A stretch of DNA of 56,146 nucleotides from an uncultured delta proteobacterium (GTDB lineage: Bacteria; Desulfobacterota; Binatia; UBA9968), in NCBI GenBank assembly GCA_963755715.1, contig CAVWLW010000010.1, forward strand, positions 1 through 56,146, in the 5' to 3' direction. A program made the position numbers and the translations under genes. Within the stretch, counting starts at the first letter, position 1, and each line of letters begins with the position of its first letter. Below are positions 19,204 to 27,903 of this stretch, piece by piece. A model generated the notes under the pieces. That model made no database searches and was not told the DNA's origin. It worked only from the letters and a program-made list of their open reading frames with translations.

Positions 19204-19280
19204 GTTGAATGCGGTCACCACCGACAATGCCAGTAATCCATGCACTACAACTGCTGCGAATCACTAACTCCGTCCTAACT

Positions 19281-19365
19281 TCCCCCTTTGAAAAAGGGGA
19301 CTGAGGGGGATTTGGAAATCTGTGCGCTTAAGAAAATCCCCCCTTCCCCCTTTTCAAAGGGGGGA
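19281..19365. repeat. REP-like inverted repeat of CCCCCTTT..AAAGGGG hairpins
   Basis: TCCCCCTTTGAAAAAGGGGACTGAGGGGGATTT ... AAATCCCCCCTTCCCCCTTTTCAAAGGGGGGA. Confidence 0.7.
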
Positions 19366-19412
19366 TCAACCAATTTAATGTTGCGATTGGGTCAAAGAGC
19401 TTCTGGCTAAGG

Positions 19413-20372
19413 ATGCTAGTTACCCTCGCGGCGTCATTCAAACTACTCGCCGCCAATGTTGCTGCCCTCGAGACCGTCAACATGGCTCTGAGCAACAAAA
19501 ACTTTCAGATGATCCTCTATCCGATCGCGCAAGAGCGCGGCTACATGCAAGAAGAAGGCATCGACCTGCGCGTGATCCTCGCCCGCGCCGAGCTGAGCGT
19601 GCAGGCGACGATGGCGGGGAGCTTTCAGTTCAACATGGCCGGCACCATGGCGGTGGTCAACGTCATGAAAGGCGGCGCGCCGTTCAAAGTGATTCTCGCC
19701 ACCAACGACAAAGTCCTATCCTGGATTTTGAGTAAACCGGAAATCACGACCCTGAAAGAGCTCAAGGGAAAGCGCGTCGCCACCAGCGGCGTGGCCAACG
19801 TGACCCTGATCATGGCCAAGCAAGTCATGCAAAAACACGGCATCGATCCCGATCGGGATATAAATTTCATCAATACCGGCGGCGGCAGCAACGGCGTGCG
19901 CGCTTTGATGGCGGGAGCCGTCGACGGCGTCGTCGCATCGACGGCGGAACGTTACATCGGAGTTCCTGCCGGTTTCAGAGAATTGTCGTTCATCGGCAAC
20001 GAAGTGAAAAATTCCTGGGGCACGATGGCCACGACCGATCAATTGATTCAAGAAAAGCCGAAGCTGGTGGGCGGCATGATCAAGGCGTCGCTGAAAGCGC
20101 TGCGCTTCATCCGTAAGGAGCGCGATGCGACCATCGCCGTCGCCATGAAGTTCGCTGGTCTGGACAAAAATGTCGCCACGCGCATGTATGACGACCTCGT
20201 CGGTACCTTCAACCAGAACGGCATGGTCGACGAAGAAACTCAACGCAACGACATCGAAGTCATTCGGCAGATCTTGAAGACACCCGATACCATTCCGGTG
20301 CAGCGGGCCTACGACTTCCGCTTCGCTCGCGAAGCCGACCGCCAATTGACACAATCCGGCTGGCGACCGTAG
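19413..20372 (+). CDS. NitT/TauT-family substrate-binding protein (start uncertain)
   Basis: QERGYMQEEGIDL, ELKGKRVA, GNEVKNSWGT; paralog of the genes at 20780 and 23093. Confidence 0.88.
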   Translation: MLVTLAASFKLLAANVAALETVNMALSNKNFQMILYPIAQERGYMQEEGIDLRVILARAELSVQATMAGSFQFNMAGTMAVVNVMKGGAPFKVILATNDKVLSWILSKPEITTLKELKGKRVATSGVANVTLIMAKQVMQKHGIDPDRDINFINTGGGSNGVRALMAGAVDGVVASTAERYIGVPAGFRELSFIGNEVKNSWGTMATTDQLIQEKPKLVGGMIKASLKALRFIRKERDATIAVAMKFAGLDKNVATRMYDDLVGTFNQNGMVDEETQRNDIEVIRQILKTPDTIPVQRAYDFRFAREADRQLTQSGWRP

Positions 20373-20421
20373 CCGCAGGGAAAAGTGAGTTAGCAAATAA
20401 GTGAGCTTGTGAGTTAGTCTC

Positions 20422-20474
20422 GTAGGGTGCGCTTGCGCACCAAGAATTGAATCGGTGCGCTTAGCGCACCCTAC
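20422..20474. repeat. GTAG-type REP doublet (REPIN-like)
   Basis: GTAGGGTGCGCTTGCGCACC-spacer-GGTGCGCTTAGCGCACCCTAC: a GTAG tetranucleotide plus hairpin, in an inverted pair. Confidence 0.8.
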
Positions 20475-20532
20475 AGGCCTGAGACGCAAGTCCATGATGA
20501 CCGCTTTACTTCTCGCCTCAACGGGTTCGGCT

Positions 20533-20760
20533 CTATCGGAGGCCAAAGTGCTTTTCGAACAGCTCTTCTGACCTGGCCAGTCCTTCTCCGGTAAGAACCA
20601 CCGACCTGGCTCGATTCTTGGGGTCGCGGATGAATCCTTTCTCGTACAGTCGGTCCAGTACTCTAAAATCAAACCCCTTCCACGCTCGGATCTCATCGTG
20701 CAGCGTCAGATTCATCAACGCCAAAACAACTTCGTCAACTTTGTTCTCATCGTAATCCAT
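20533..20760 (-). CDS. DUF6429-like small protein
   Basis: KVDEVVLALM.L...RAWKGFDF.VLDRLYEKGFI.DP..RARSVVLTGEG matches my recollection of this family. Confidence 0.72.
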   Translation of the reverse strand: MDYDENKVDEVVLALMNLTLHDEIRAWKGFDFRVLDRLYEKGFIRDPKNRARSVVLTGEGLARSEELFEKHFGLR

Positions 20761-20779
20761 AGCTCAATATGTCTTTGAA

Positions 20780-21796
20780 TCAGGGTTTCCAGCCCATCTT
20801 GTTTAATTGTTGATCGGCCTCCAGTGCGAAGCTGAAGTCGTAGGCCCTTGCGTTCGGCACGATTTCGTTGGTGCTGGTGACTTGGCGGATAATGTTGAGA
20901 TCGTTTCTTTGCGTCTCGTCGTCGACGGCGCCGCTGCGCGTAAAGGTGCCGATGATGTCGTCATAGACACGGGTAGATTGCTGGCGCGAGACGCCGGAGA
21001 ATTTCACCATGGCGGCGATCGTGCCCTCCTTGTCCTGGCGCAGATAACGCAAGGCTTTGATCGTCGCGCGTACGAAGCCGGCGACCATCTTGGGGTTTTC
21101 CTTTATAAGCTTGTCCGTCGTCGCCAGCGTGCCCCAGGAATTTTTCACTTCGTTGCCCATGAAAAACATCTCATGCATGCCTTTGTCGAGAGCGACGTAG
21201 CGCTGCTCGACACTGAGCACCGCCGCGTCGAATCCGCCGCCAAGGAGCGCCGCGAGCTGATTCCCCTGCCCTACGTCGAGATACGTCACGTCTTTGTTGC
21301 CGTCGAGACCATACTTAGTAAGGACCTGTTTCACCATAAAGGTCGCGACCGCGCCGACGCCGGTGGTGGCGATCTTCTTGCCTTTAAGTTCTTTGGGGCT
21401 GGTGATCTCCGGGCGGGTGACCAGCCATTGAAGAACTCGATCGTTGGTCGCGGCCACTACTTTTAGCGGCGCACTGCCCCGAGCGATGCTCACCAGCGCG
21501 CTCGTGCCTGCGCCGGTGAACTGAACGTCGCCGCCGAGCATGGCCTGAATGCTCGTTGTCGGCGCGACAAAGATCACCCTTTGATCGAGCCCTTCTTCCT
21601 TCATGTAGCCCTTCTGTTGAGCGACGGGATAGAGCACCATCTGGAAGCTTCTCGCCGGGACCGCCATGTTGATGGTCTGAAGTGACTGAGCGATTCCGAA
21701 GCCCTGGTCGAGCAACAGCAAAAATAGAATTATGACGATGACCGAGAGTCGACCCGACGGTTGCCGGAACCGTGTTTCAATCAGTGATTTTTTCAT
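20780..21796 (-). CDS. NitT/TauT-family substrate-binding protein
   Basis: Signal peptide, KGYMKEEGLD, ELKGKKIA, GNEVKNSWGT. Confidence 0.9.
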   Translation of the reverse strand: MKKSLIETRFRQPSGRLSVIVIILFLLLLDQGFGIAQSLQTINMAVPARSFQMVLYPVAQQKGYMKEEGLDQRVIFVAPTTSIQAMLGGDVQFTGAGTSALVSIARGSAPLKVVAATNDRVLQWLVTRPEITSPKELKGKKIATTGVGAVATFMVKQVLTKYGLDGNKDVTYLDVGQGNQLAALLGGGFDAAVLSVEQRYVALDKGMHEMFFMGNEVKNSWGTLATTDKLIKENPKMVAGFVRATIKALRYLRQDKEGTIAAMVKFSGVSRQQSTRVYDDIIGTFTRSGAVDDETQRNDLNIIRQVTSTNEIVPNARAYDFSFALEADQQLNKMGWKP

Positions 21797-21821
21797 CGGA
21801 GTTCTCCGACTCTGCGCTTCA

Positions 21822-21859
21822 CCCTCACGCTTCCCTCTCCCTCACGATAAGGGAGAGGG
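21822..21859. repeat. REP-like hairpin CCCTCAC..CCCTCTCCC-loop-GGGAGAGGG
   Basis: Perfect CCCTCTCCC/GGGAGAGGG stem preceded by CCCTCAC. Confidence 0.65.
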
Positions 21860-21899
21860 TTGGACAAAGGAATGAGATGGAGAGCGTGTCGCACCAATT

Positions 21900-22995
21900 T
21901 TAGTTGAGCGGATAGAGAAGCTTCGGATTGTCGAAGAAGATTTTGTCGGTAAGCGCCGGCGGAATATCTTCGCGCGCGCGCATGGCGGCGACGAGCTGGC
22001 GCTCTTCGGACGGATCTTGATGGCCGTAGTCTGAGCCGATGAGCAGATGATCTTCACCGGTATATTGAGCGATGTAACTCACGTCCTCGTCCGCTTCGCA
22101 GGCGACAAAAATTCGGTACTCGCGGAACATGTCCTGGTCTGAAGAAAATTTCCACTTCTCGCGGAACAGCCTTTTTATGATATGCATCATGAACGGCACC
22201 CAGCCCGCCGAGGCTTCGATAAAGCCGAATCTTGAGCTTGGGAAACTGTTCGGGAATCTTATTGGCGATCAAATCGCGAAACGCGAACAGCGGCTGCACG
22301 CGGCTGTGACCAAAAGTATGGTTTCGTTCCACATCGAAGAGATTTAAAAACAGCGGACAGCCCGCGCCGGTATGGATCAGAATCGGCAGATCGGTGTCGC
22401 TGGCCGCCTGGTAAATCGGGTTGAAGTAAGGGTTATCCAAAGTCCGTTGCCCTTCGATACCGCGAAAGAAAACTCCCACCGCGCCGTTGTCTTTGCCCCA
22501 TTTTATTTCTTTCACCGATTCTTCGACCGAGTGCAGCGGCGGCACGACCACCCAACTTATGCGCCCGCCTGATTTCGCGCACGCTTGTGCGAGAAATCGA
22601 TTGTAAGCGCGCGCCATCGCCACGTCTAAAGTTACGTCGTCCGTGATGTAAATCAGAAACAGCGTCGGAAAGACGACTTGCTTATCGACGCCGAGCTTGT
22701 CCATGTCCTTCAATCGGCCGGGAATATCCGTCATCTCTCGATAGGCGAGATGAATGTCGCCGCGGGAAGATTCCAACTTCGACGCGGAAGGAGTGATCAA
22801 ACGAAAACTGCCCTTGCCGTTGGGCTTGGGAAAAATATTGCCGTCGATGAGCCAAAAAGCGTTGCGCGGGCCGTAGAGTGTATCTTCCGGGCTTTTGAGC
22901 AGCACCGGCCGGCGCGGGTACATTTCCTTGTCCATCATCGCCCACATCGCTTCGCTCTCTGAGATATGCGTATCCGCGTCAATTATCCCTGCCAT
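21900..22995 (-). CDS. amidohydrolase-2 family protein (one frameshift near 22230); paralog of 18100-19203
   Basis: ORFs 22054-22995 and 21900-22199 join: DADTH, WLIDGNIFPKP, GSDYGH. Confidence 0.9.
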
Positions 22996-23092
22996 ATGAA
23001 TCCTCCTTCAAAATGATCTTAATTGGTTAAATCCAAATGTAACCATCGGCCCCAATACTCCACTACTCCCTGACTCCATTCCCCAATTATTT

Positions 23093-24106
23093 CTATGGCT
23101 TCCAGCCGCTCTTATTCAACTGCCGGTCGGCTTCCAAAGCGAAACTAAAGTCGAACGCCCGCGCCGGCGCCAGCGTTTCTTTGGCATCGAGCACCTGGCG
23201 GATCACGGCCAGATCATTTTTCTGCGTGTCTTCGTCGACTGCGCCGTTGGCGGTGAAAGTACCGATCAGATCGTCGTACAAACGGGTCACGGTCGCCGCA
23301 GGCAATCCAGAGAATTTGCCAAACGCGGCGATCGTTCCGTCACGATCCTTGCGTATCAAACGCAGCGCTTTGAGCGTCGCACGCGTGAAACCGGCCATCA
23401 ACTTCGGCTGCTCCTTCATAAACTTATCCGAGGCCGCCGAGGTGCCCCAGGAGTTTTTAACTTCGTTGCCTAGATACATAAGCTCTTTCATGCCGTTATC
23501 GATCCCGGCGTAGCGTTGCTCGACGCTGACGATGGCGGCGTCGACCGCTCCCGACATCAGCGCTACGGCCTGATTGCCGACACCGGGATCGGTAAACACG
23601 ACATCTTTGTTACCGTCGAGGCCGTACTTCGGCAAAATATTTTTGAACATGAAAGTGGACACCGAAGCAACGCCCGTGGTGGCAATCTTCCTGCCCTTCA
23701 AGTCCTTGATGTTAGTGATGTTCGGCCGGCTGAGAATCCACTGATGCACCCGGTCATTTACCGCGAGCACCACTTTCGCCGGAATGTTGCCGCGCGCGAT
23801 AGCCACCAGGGCGCTGCCGCCGGAAGCGGTCAGTTGAATGCTATCGGCGACCAGCGCTTGGATGCTCGGCGTCGGCTCCATGAAAGTGACTTTGAGATCG
23901 ATGCCCTCTTCCTTCATGTAGCCGCGCTCCAGCGCCAGGGGGAAAATAATCTGCTGAAAACTTTTCGTCGGTAACGCTATCGTAACTTCGGCTGCGGCGG
24001 CAAATTGCGCCAGCAGAGCCAGGAACGCCACCGCACAAAGACCGCAGATCGTCACCTTCCGATCGGTTGAATAACTTGCCTTGTAAGGCCTGCCCAACGT
24101 CCTCAT
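23093..24106 (-). CDS. NitT/TauT-family substrate-binding protein
   Basis: GGAGGAGG RBS before 24106; ERGYMKEEGIDL, DLKGRKIA, GNEVKNSWGT. Confidence 0.88.
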   Translation of the reverse strand: MRTLGRPYKASYSTDRKVTICGLCAVAFLALLAQFAAAAEVTIALPTKSFQQIIFPLALERGYMKEEGIDLKVTFMEPTPSIQALVADSIQLTASGGSALVAIARGNIPAKVVLAVNDRVHQWILSRPNITNIKDLKGRKIATTGVASVSTFMFKNILPKYGLDGNKDVVFTDPGVGNQAVALMSGAVDAAIVSVEQRYAGIDNGMKELMYLGNEVKNSWGTSAASDKFMKEQPKLMAGFTRATLKALRLIRKDRDGTIAAFGKFSGLPAATVTRLYDDLIGTFTANGAVDEDTQKNDLAVIRQVLDAKETLAPARAFDFSFALEADRQLNKSGWKP

Positions 24107-24210
24107 TCGCTCAGCCTCCTCCAGTCCTGTCATTGTGAAGTTACTATGGTTCAGCGGAGCTATAGCAAAACCACCCGGTTCCGTGAAAGGACCCTTCAAA
24201 TAGCGAGAAC

Positions 24211-25110
24211 TCATTCTTTCACTGCCCCGGTGGCGATCCACTCGGACGCCACCTGGCGAGCGTCAAATGCTTTTTCAGGCGCGACTTGAGTCAGAAGTTT
24301 CGCGAAATGTTTGAAATCCACTTGCAGTGACTCGTCCATGCAGACGATGTAGTCGTTGCAGGTTTTTTTCGCCAACGATTCGGAGTGGCCGAAGCGTTTC
24401 GTCAGGATCCGGATAGCGTCGTCGCGATGGCTCTTGAAATAGCGAATACCCTCCTGGTGCGCTGCCAGGAACTTTCTAAAATCGTCGGCGCTTTCCCGCC
24501 AGAGTTTCTCGCTGGTTTCGATGGTAATGGGCAATGGGTCATCGACCACATCCGGCCACTCGGAGATGCGATTAAATCCCCTCTCTTCCGCGATAAAACC
24601 GAAAGGCCGTGGTAGGAATGCGCCGTCGACTTTGCCATCGATCAGCAAATTGAAAGCGTCTTGGTCGCCTTTGGGCATTTGTAATGTGAGATTCTTGCCG
24701 ACATCGAGTTGAGCAAGGTTTCGAAATGTCTCAGCGATGGGTGTATTGCGCGACGGTCCTTCGCGGCAAGCCACCGTCTTATTCTTAAGGTCGGCCAGCT
24801 TCGTGATCGTTGGCGCCGCAATCAGATAGTAAGGACAGCTATTCATCGCGCAACCCAGAATCCTCGTGGTTCTCGAAGTGAGGAAATGTTGCAGAGAAGC
24901 CCGGCCGACGACCAGGGAGATCTGCGCGCTGCCGTTTTCAAGTCTGCGATAGCGCTCTTCTGTGCCTTGAACGTGATTCCACGAAACACTCAGGCCATGC
25001 CTTTCAAATATTCCTGCTTCAATCGATAAATGCCCCGTGGGATCGCGAGCGAAATCACCCCCCGCTCCTTCAAGATGGCCGTACATGACGTTGAGATTTA
25101 CCAGGCTCAT
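24211..25110 (-). CDS. NitT/TauT-fold protein with no evident signal peptide
   Basis: EAGIFERHGLSV, ITKLADLKNKTVA, LIDGKVDGA. Strong RBS before the ATG at 25110; N-terminus is not hydrophobic. Confidence 0.8.
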   Translation of the reverse strand: MSLVNLNVMYGHLEGAGGDFARDPTGHLSIEAGIFERHGLSVSWNHVQGTEERYRRLENGSAQISLVVGRASLQHFLTSRTTRILGCAMNSCPYYLIAAPTITKLADLKNKTVACREGPSRNTPIAETFRNLAQLDVGKNLTLQMPKGDQDAFNLLIDGKVDGAFLPRPFGFIAEERGFNRISEWPDVVDDPLPITIETSEKLWRESADDFRKFLAAHQEGIRYFKSHRDDAIRILTKRFGHSESLAKKTCNDYIVCMDESLQVDFKHFAKLLTQVAPEKAFDARQVASEWIATGAVKE

Positions 25111-25277
25111 CGCAAGCCTCCTTCCATCGAACTCGGGTCGTCTCTTTTTCTCTATAGTACGCCTTGCCGAGGCAAACAAACCTTACCATTGACAAGACCT
25201 CGACAACGGGAATAGGTTTAGTGCAACAAGGGAGATGGTTAAACCCCGCCGTCGACTAAAACCAAAAGGAGGTCAGC

Positions 25278-25703
25278 ATGGAAGTCAAGGATATTTCTGA
25301 AATCGCCAAGGAGAGAAAGAAAGGCCAGCGCCGCATCGATCTTTACCGGCGCGAAAACCTGGAAACCTGGGTGTTGATTTTTCCTCCGGGGGACGTGCAG
25401 AGAATGCACAACCACCCGTCGGATCGCACTTACTATGTGCTCACCGGCAAGGGCATCATGAAGGGTCTCAACGAGACTCACGAGCTATCTCCAGGGAAGA
25501 TTATCAGCATCCCGGCGCATGAATTTTATGAAGGATCCAATCCGCACGATGAGCCGATGGTTCTTTTGGGCAATAGCCACAAAGCGACGCCGGAAGACGT
25601 CGCCAAAGCCGGCGGTCAGCGCAACGAGATCGATGACAAGACCGGCAAGCGCGTCATTTTTCAACACGGCGGCGGCCAGGATATGGGAGTGCTGGCGGAC
25701 TAG
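25278..25703 (+). CDS. cupin-domain protein
   Basis: FPPGD.QRMHNH...YYVLTGKG and PG..I.IPAHE cupin motifs; AGGAGG RBS; TTGACA upstream. Confidence 0.8.
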   Translation: MEVKDISEIAKERKKGQRRIDLYRRENLETWVLIFPPGDVQRMHNHPSDRTYYVLTGKGIMKGLNETHELSPGKIISIPAHEFYEGSNPHDEPMVLLGNSHKATPEDVAKAGGQRNEIDDKTGKRVIFQHGGGQDMGVLAD

Positions 25704-25732
25704 ACGATCACAACAGATTTTTTGACCAATTT

Positions 25733-25776
25733 CATAAAGCCCGGTCTGGGGGTAACCCAGCCGGGCTTTTACTTTT
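25733..25776. terminator. bidirectional Rho-independent terminator
   Basis: AAAGCCCGG.CTGGG-loop-CCCAG.CCGGGCTTTT between the convergent cupin and DGQHR genes. Confidence 0.7.
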
Positions 25777-25782
25777 CGTTCA

Positions 25783-26892
25783 TCACTGGTTCAGGTTTTG
25801 CCCGAGCCGGGTATGAATACGCCGGACGCGTTCCACCTGGCCCTTGGCCGGGAAACGTTCGTAGAAACCTTCGGCGCGAAACTCTCGCGTTAAATCGGCC
25901 CAGGGTTTGACGACGTTCGTGAAAACCTTAGGCGAACGGTCCTCCTCCCAAGCCTGGACAATCTTGCGGTTGCGAATGAGATCACCGAACACGCGAAAGA
26001 GCGCCTTGAGAGTTACGTCTCGCGTAAACATGAATTTTTCATTGTCGCCCCAAACGGCGTCCATGACGTCGCGCACCGCTTTGAGATAATCCCGCAGCAG
26101 AGCGTAGGCGCGGTCTGCGCGCATGCCAAAGTGGTCGTCGAAGAAGCGGCGGTTTCGCTGCACGACTTTGAAGACCTCATTGAACACTTCCGACTGTAAA
26201 ACCCATTTTTCCTGCCGGCTTCGCCCGCCCAGACGATTGATGCGGTAACGCATGGGCGAGTCGGATTCTTCGTAAAGCAGGTTGACCAGCTTGGCGGCGA
26301 ACTTCTTTTCCGGTGTTTCCCAGGAGACCCTTTCGTAGAGATCGACCAAATGGGATTTATTGATCCTCGTGTGGGTCGAATTGATGATCACGAACATCTC
26401 GGTGGCGAAGTCGGCGCTCTTGCCGTCGAACAGCACACAGGGAACCTCGATCCGATCGATCTGCTCGGGATGTTTTTGGCGGAAAAAATGCAGCGCCGCA
26501 AGACGATGCTGACCGTCGATAACCAGATACTTGCCGTTTGGCTCGCTTAGAAAACCTACGCTTTCCGAAGCGTCCGAGCGCCGGAAGCGCAGTGTTTCGT
26601 CGGTGAAGAGCAGGATCGTGCCCGGAATCAGCGGCTGGCTGACCGCGGTCTCGTAGAAATTAACGATCTGGCCGATCTTCCGCCGGTTCAGCAGACGTTG
26701 AAATGATTTTTCGCTTTTCTCGATTCCGGCGATGAACTTGGCCACCTCGTCGTCGCCGGGTTCATCGGCGTCAATCTGCTCGCCTTCGAAATAGTAGCGG
26801 CTCGAAAAACTCACCCGGTCGAGCAGCTCCGTCGCCTTATAGGCGATAAAGTAAAACGTCCCTTCCTTTTGCAGCACTCGCGTTGCCAACAT
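25783..26892 (-). CDS. DGQHR-domain protein (DndB/DpdB-like, ParB/Srx superfamily)
   Basis: FQR, YLVIDGQHRL and MFVIIN (FxxIN) motifs; GAGGAGGAG RBS. Confidence 0.9.
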   Translation of the reverse strand: MLATRVLQKEGTFYFIAYKATELLDRVSFSSRYYFEGEQIDADEPGDDEVAKFIAGIEKSEKSFQRLLNRRKIGQIVNFYETAVSQPLIPGTILLFTDETLRFRRSDASESVGFLSEPNGKYLVIDGQHRLAALHFFRQKHPEQIDRIEVPCVLFDGKSADFATEMFVIINSTHTRINKSHLVDLYERVSWETPEKKFAAKLVNLLYEESDSPMRYRINRLGGRSRQEKWVLQSEVFNEVFKVVQRNRRFFDDHFGMRADRAYALLRDYLKAVRDVMDAVWGDNEKFMFTRDVTLKALFRVFGDLIRNRKIVQAWEEDRSPKVFTNVVKPWADLTREFRAEGFYERFPAKGQVERVRRIHTRLGQNLNQ

Positions 26893-27016
26893 AGATCGCT
26901 CCTCCTCAATCGACTAGGGTTTGCCACGGAAACAAGATCGGTCCGTTAGTCACTCTCCCAGAACTTTCGCTCAGTCCCTTGCGCAAGTTGCGTTAGGATC
27001 TGCCACGCTGTCAATC

Positions 27017-27730
27017 TCATGGTTCGCCTTGCGCACCGCCCTTTCGACCATAGGCTCCTTGCAACGTGCGTGTCTTGACGAAACCCGCCAGCTGATCGTC
27101 GCTACGAAACTTGTTCATATCATAGATTTCGTGATGGATGACTTCTTCCAAGCTCCGGCGCGGCGGCGCGACGACGTTTCCCTTGCCGTAACCGATCGGA
27201 ATCAGGTGATAGATGCGCAACGGCTCGGGAATCTTCAGCAAAACTTTGAGCATCGTTTCCATATACGGCGAATTGGCGTCGCTGACATACTGCGACGCCA
27301 AACCCAGCGACGTCGCCGCCAGATGAATGAGCAACGTCGCATTGGCCAAGCCCGTGATGAAGTGTGACTCGGCTTTTTCCAGCTTGGTACGAATCGGGTA
27401 AGCTTCTTTGACGCGCGGATCGCCAAGCACGACGATATGAACCGGCGCATGGCGGAACCCGTCGCCGGTCATTTTCGCCGTGCCGCGCACGGCGAGATCC
27501 ATTTCGCGCTTTTGTTCCATCTGTTTCATGTAACAATCGGCGATCTTATAGCGCACTGATTGCTCGCGCACTACGACGAATTCCCAGGGCTGGCCGTTGC
27601 CGCCCGAGGGCGCCCAACGCGCGCAGTCAAGAATGGTCCTGATCATAGCGACGGAAACCGTACGGTTTTCGTCGTATCCTCGAGTGCTGCGCCGTTTTTC
27701 AACCAGAGCTTGTAACTCTTCGATATTCAT
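27017..27730 (-). CDS. nitroreductase family protein
   Basis: KRRSTR, ARWAPSGGNGQPWEFVVV, LAATSLGLASQYVS, IPIGY. Confidence 0.9.
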   Translation of the reverse strand: MNIEELQALVEKRRSTRGYDENRTVSVAMIRTILDCARWAPSGGNGQPWEFVVVREQSVRYKIADCYMKQMEQKREMDLAVRGTAKMTGDGFRHAPVHIVVLGDPRVKEAYPIRTKLEKAESHFITGLANATLLIHLAATSLGLASQYVSDANSPYMETMLKVLLKIPEPLRIYHLIPIGYGKGNVVAPPRRSLEEVIHHEIYDMNKFRSDDQLAGFVKTRTLQGAYGRKGGAQGEP

Positions 27731-27903
27731 CTGGCAAAATCCTCTTTGAGCAAAGTTGGCGCGCCGGCGCCGATTATAGTTCGCGGCGGTTTTTTTTTGC
27801 CAGCGAAATAAGCAGCCTTCAGGCTCGGCGCGGGTTGCGGAATTTTAAAAAATTCCTCCTTAGTTTTACCACGGATTTATGGTAATCTTAGCCGGGCACT
27901 TAG

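Noticed and set aside
13700-21860. CRISPR array
   Set aside because: The repeats are isolated palindromes of different families, not regularly spaced direct repeats, and there are no cas genes.
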